Made by a program: the position numbers and the translations under genes. The notes under the pieces are model-generated. The model was not told the DNA's origin and made no database searches. It worked only from the letters and a program-made list of their open reading frames with translations. Positions 62,712 through 64,000 of a stretch of 64,000 nt of DNA are shown here, piece by piece. Origin of the DNA: Barthelona sp. PCE (lineage: Eukaryota); the NCBI GenBank assembly GCA_040285745.1, contig JAUFOR010000003.1, forward strand, positions 930,001 to 994,000. The letters run 5' to 3'. Each line of letters starts with the position of its first letter. Position 1 is the first letter of the stretch.

Positions 62712-64000
62712 ATGGATCCTGATCTAACAGGATGTGGGGTTTTGTCACATCACGTTACAGATTTACTGACAGAAGAACTTGCTAATGTAAGAAGTATAGA
62801 TTTCGATATTTTATCATTAAAAAACGCAAAATTTTTTACCATTTTGTGTCTTAATGTTGATAGTAGAGCAGTAATCAAAAGCGTTTTAACCTGGTTGTTG
62901 AATCCAACAACAGTTTTTAATTCCTGCATTATAAAGAATGCTTTGTTGTATATAAACTACAACCATGATCCAAAAAAGTCAGATTACACAGATGGATTAA
63001 CATCAGAAGATGTAGAAATGCTTTCTTATCTCAGAAGCAATTATCCTTCCAACGATATGAAACTACTAATAACATTTTTGTTGGGCGACTACACCCCCCA
63101 GATGACCATTGATATGATATGGCCATTTGATATGAACTTAGTGCCGCATTCGTTTTCTTTTTGGAGATTGGGAGATTCCGTTTTTGATCTTCCCAATAGT
63201 TGTGCTTCTATGATCAGATCTGAGCTCTTACACATTGACAAATACGAATATGAACGGTTTTATGACATATGCGAGACTCAATGTAGGCTTGTTTTTGATA
63301 TTCTGTGTGCTTACCCGCCTCTGTTTGGCTTACTTGTGGATCACATGAGTACAAGGAATCACATCATGCACTTTGTAACGTACTGTTCGCCTGGATCTCC
63401 GTTATTGTCATGTATGCAGCACATTTTTCACGACGTTTTTTGCTCGCAAGACATTGATATAGCAAATACACTTGGCTGGTTCAAATCTGAACATCTAATA
63501 TACACTGTTTTTGCTGGCAATAACGCAAATAATTTGCTGCAGACTGATGGTTTCTTACACCGTTTTACTTGTCTATTATACACATTAAAGACATGGTGCG
63601 TGTGTCCATCGCAAACGCAGAACATTGAGATTGGTTCGATGATCAATTTTATCAACAAGGGCCTTCTCATGCTTCTTTCAGTGATAGGACCCAATATAGA
63701 TACAGGCTTGCACGAAACAGCAATCATTCTCATTGAAGGAATATTGTTCATTTATGCTGCACTGAAGAAGGGTATTGGAGTTCCTTTAAAATTACAAACA
63801 CAAACTGAATTGCTTCTGCTTCGAGTGCTTTCTCTCTCAATTGTATACTGTAGTGATTCCAGTCTTAAGGATGTGTTGACTGCGTGCCTGGGCATACTCA
63901 GGTTGATTGATGTCAACCACAATGTCTTGTACGACATGATACTCCCCGGTGAGTTTTTTGTTTTCAAGCTACTGAAGAATATTCAAATCAATGATTTTGA
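62712..64000 (+). CDS. hypothetical protein, runs off the window end
   Basis: Frame from ATG 62712 (MDPDLTGCG...) was translated by hand for over 200 codons without a stop and appears open to the end. It is absent from the ORF track, presumably because it has no stop. Confidence 0.65.
   Translation, partial: MDPDLTGCGVLSHHVTDLLTEELANVRSIDFDILSLKNAKFFTILCLNVDSRAVIKSVLTWLLNPTTVFNSCIIKNALLYINYNHDPKKSDYTDGLTSEDVEMLSYLRSNYPSNDMKLLITFLLGDYTPQMTIDMIWPFDMNLVPHSFSFWRLGDSVFDLPNSCASMIRSELLHIDKYEYERFYDICETQCRLVFDILCAYPPLFGLLVDHMSTRNHIMHFVTYCSPGSPLLSCMQHIFHDVFCSQDIDIANTLGWFKSEHLIYTVFAGNNANNLLQTDGFLHRFTCLLYTLKTWCVCPSQTQNIEIGSMINFINKGLLMLLSVIGPNIDTGLHETAIILIEGILFIYAALKKGIGVPLKLQTQTELLLLRVLSLSIVYCSDSSLKDVLTACLGILRLIDVNHNVLYDMILPGEFFVFKLLKNIQINDF

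Overview
Gene-dense eukaryotic DNA with very short or overlapping intergenic regions and almost no introns. It probably comes from an anaerobic flagellate protist (metamonad-like); this is inferred from a class F flavodiiron protein, a prokaryote-type radical SAM gene, a microtubule-inner-protein-like gene and the intron style. About 28 host genes are present, including TAF2-like, TFIIIA-like, p47, PP2A-family phosphatase, DSP, Arv1, UBC4/5, a subtilase, ELP2, RPS21 and glycogen phosphorylase. Two things stand out. (1) All three clear spliceosomal introns read GTATGT...CTAACATT+3 nt. Protein homology puts the 3' splice site exactly 6 nt after CTAAC, so the introns end in AG (RPS21), AT (PP2A) and TG (UBC). 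This suggests the 3' splice site is set by distance from the branch point rather than by AG. (2) A 10-kb accessory island (22.9-32.8 kb) holds a 1577-bp tandem repeat. Each full unit carries the upstream region and first 23 nt of a tRNA-Tyr gene fused to a potentially structured RNA. The third copy leads into an intact intron-containing tRNA-Tyr but is interrupted by a complete 6.1-kb tyrosine-recombinase retrotransposon. That element has split direct repeats and a fused RT-RNaseH-YR ORF, separated from gag by a single in-frame UGA. All calls were made by eye; no searches were run.
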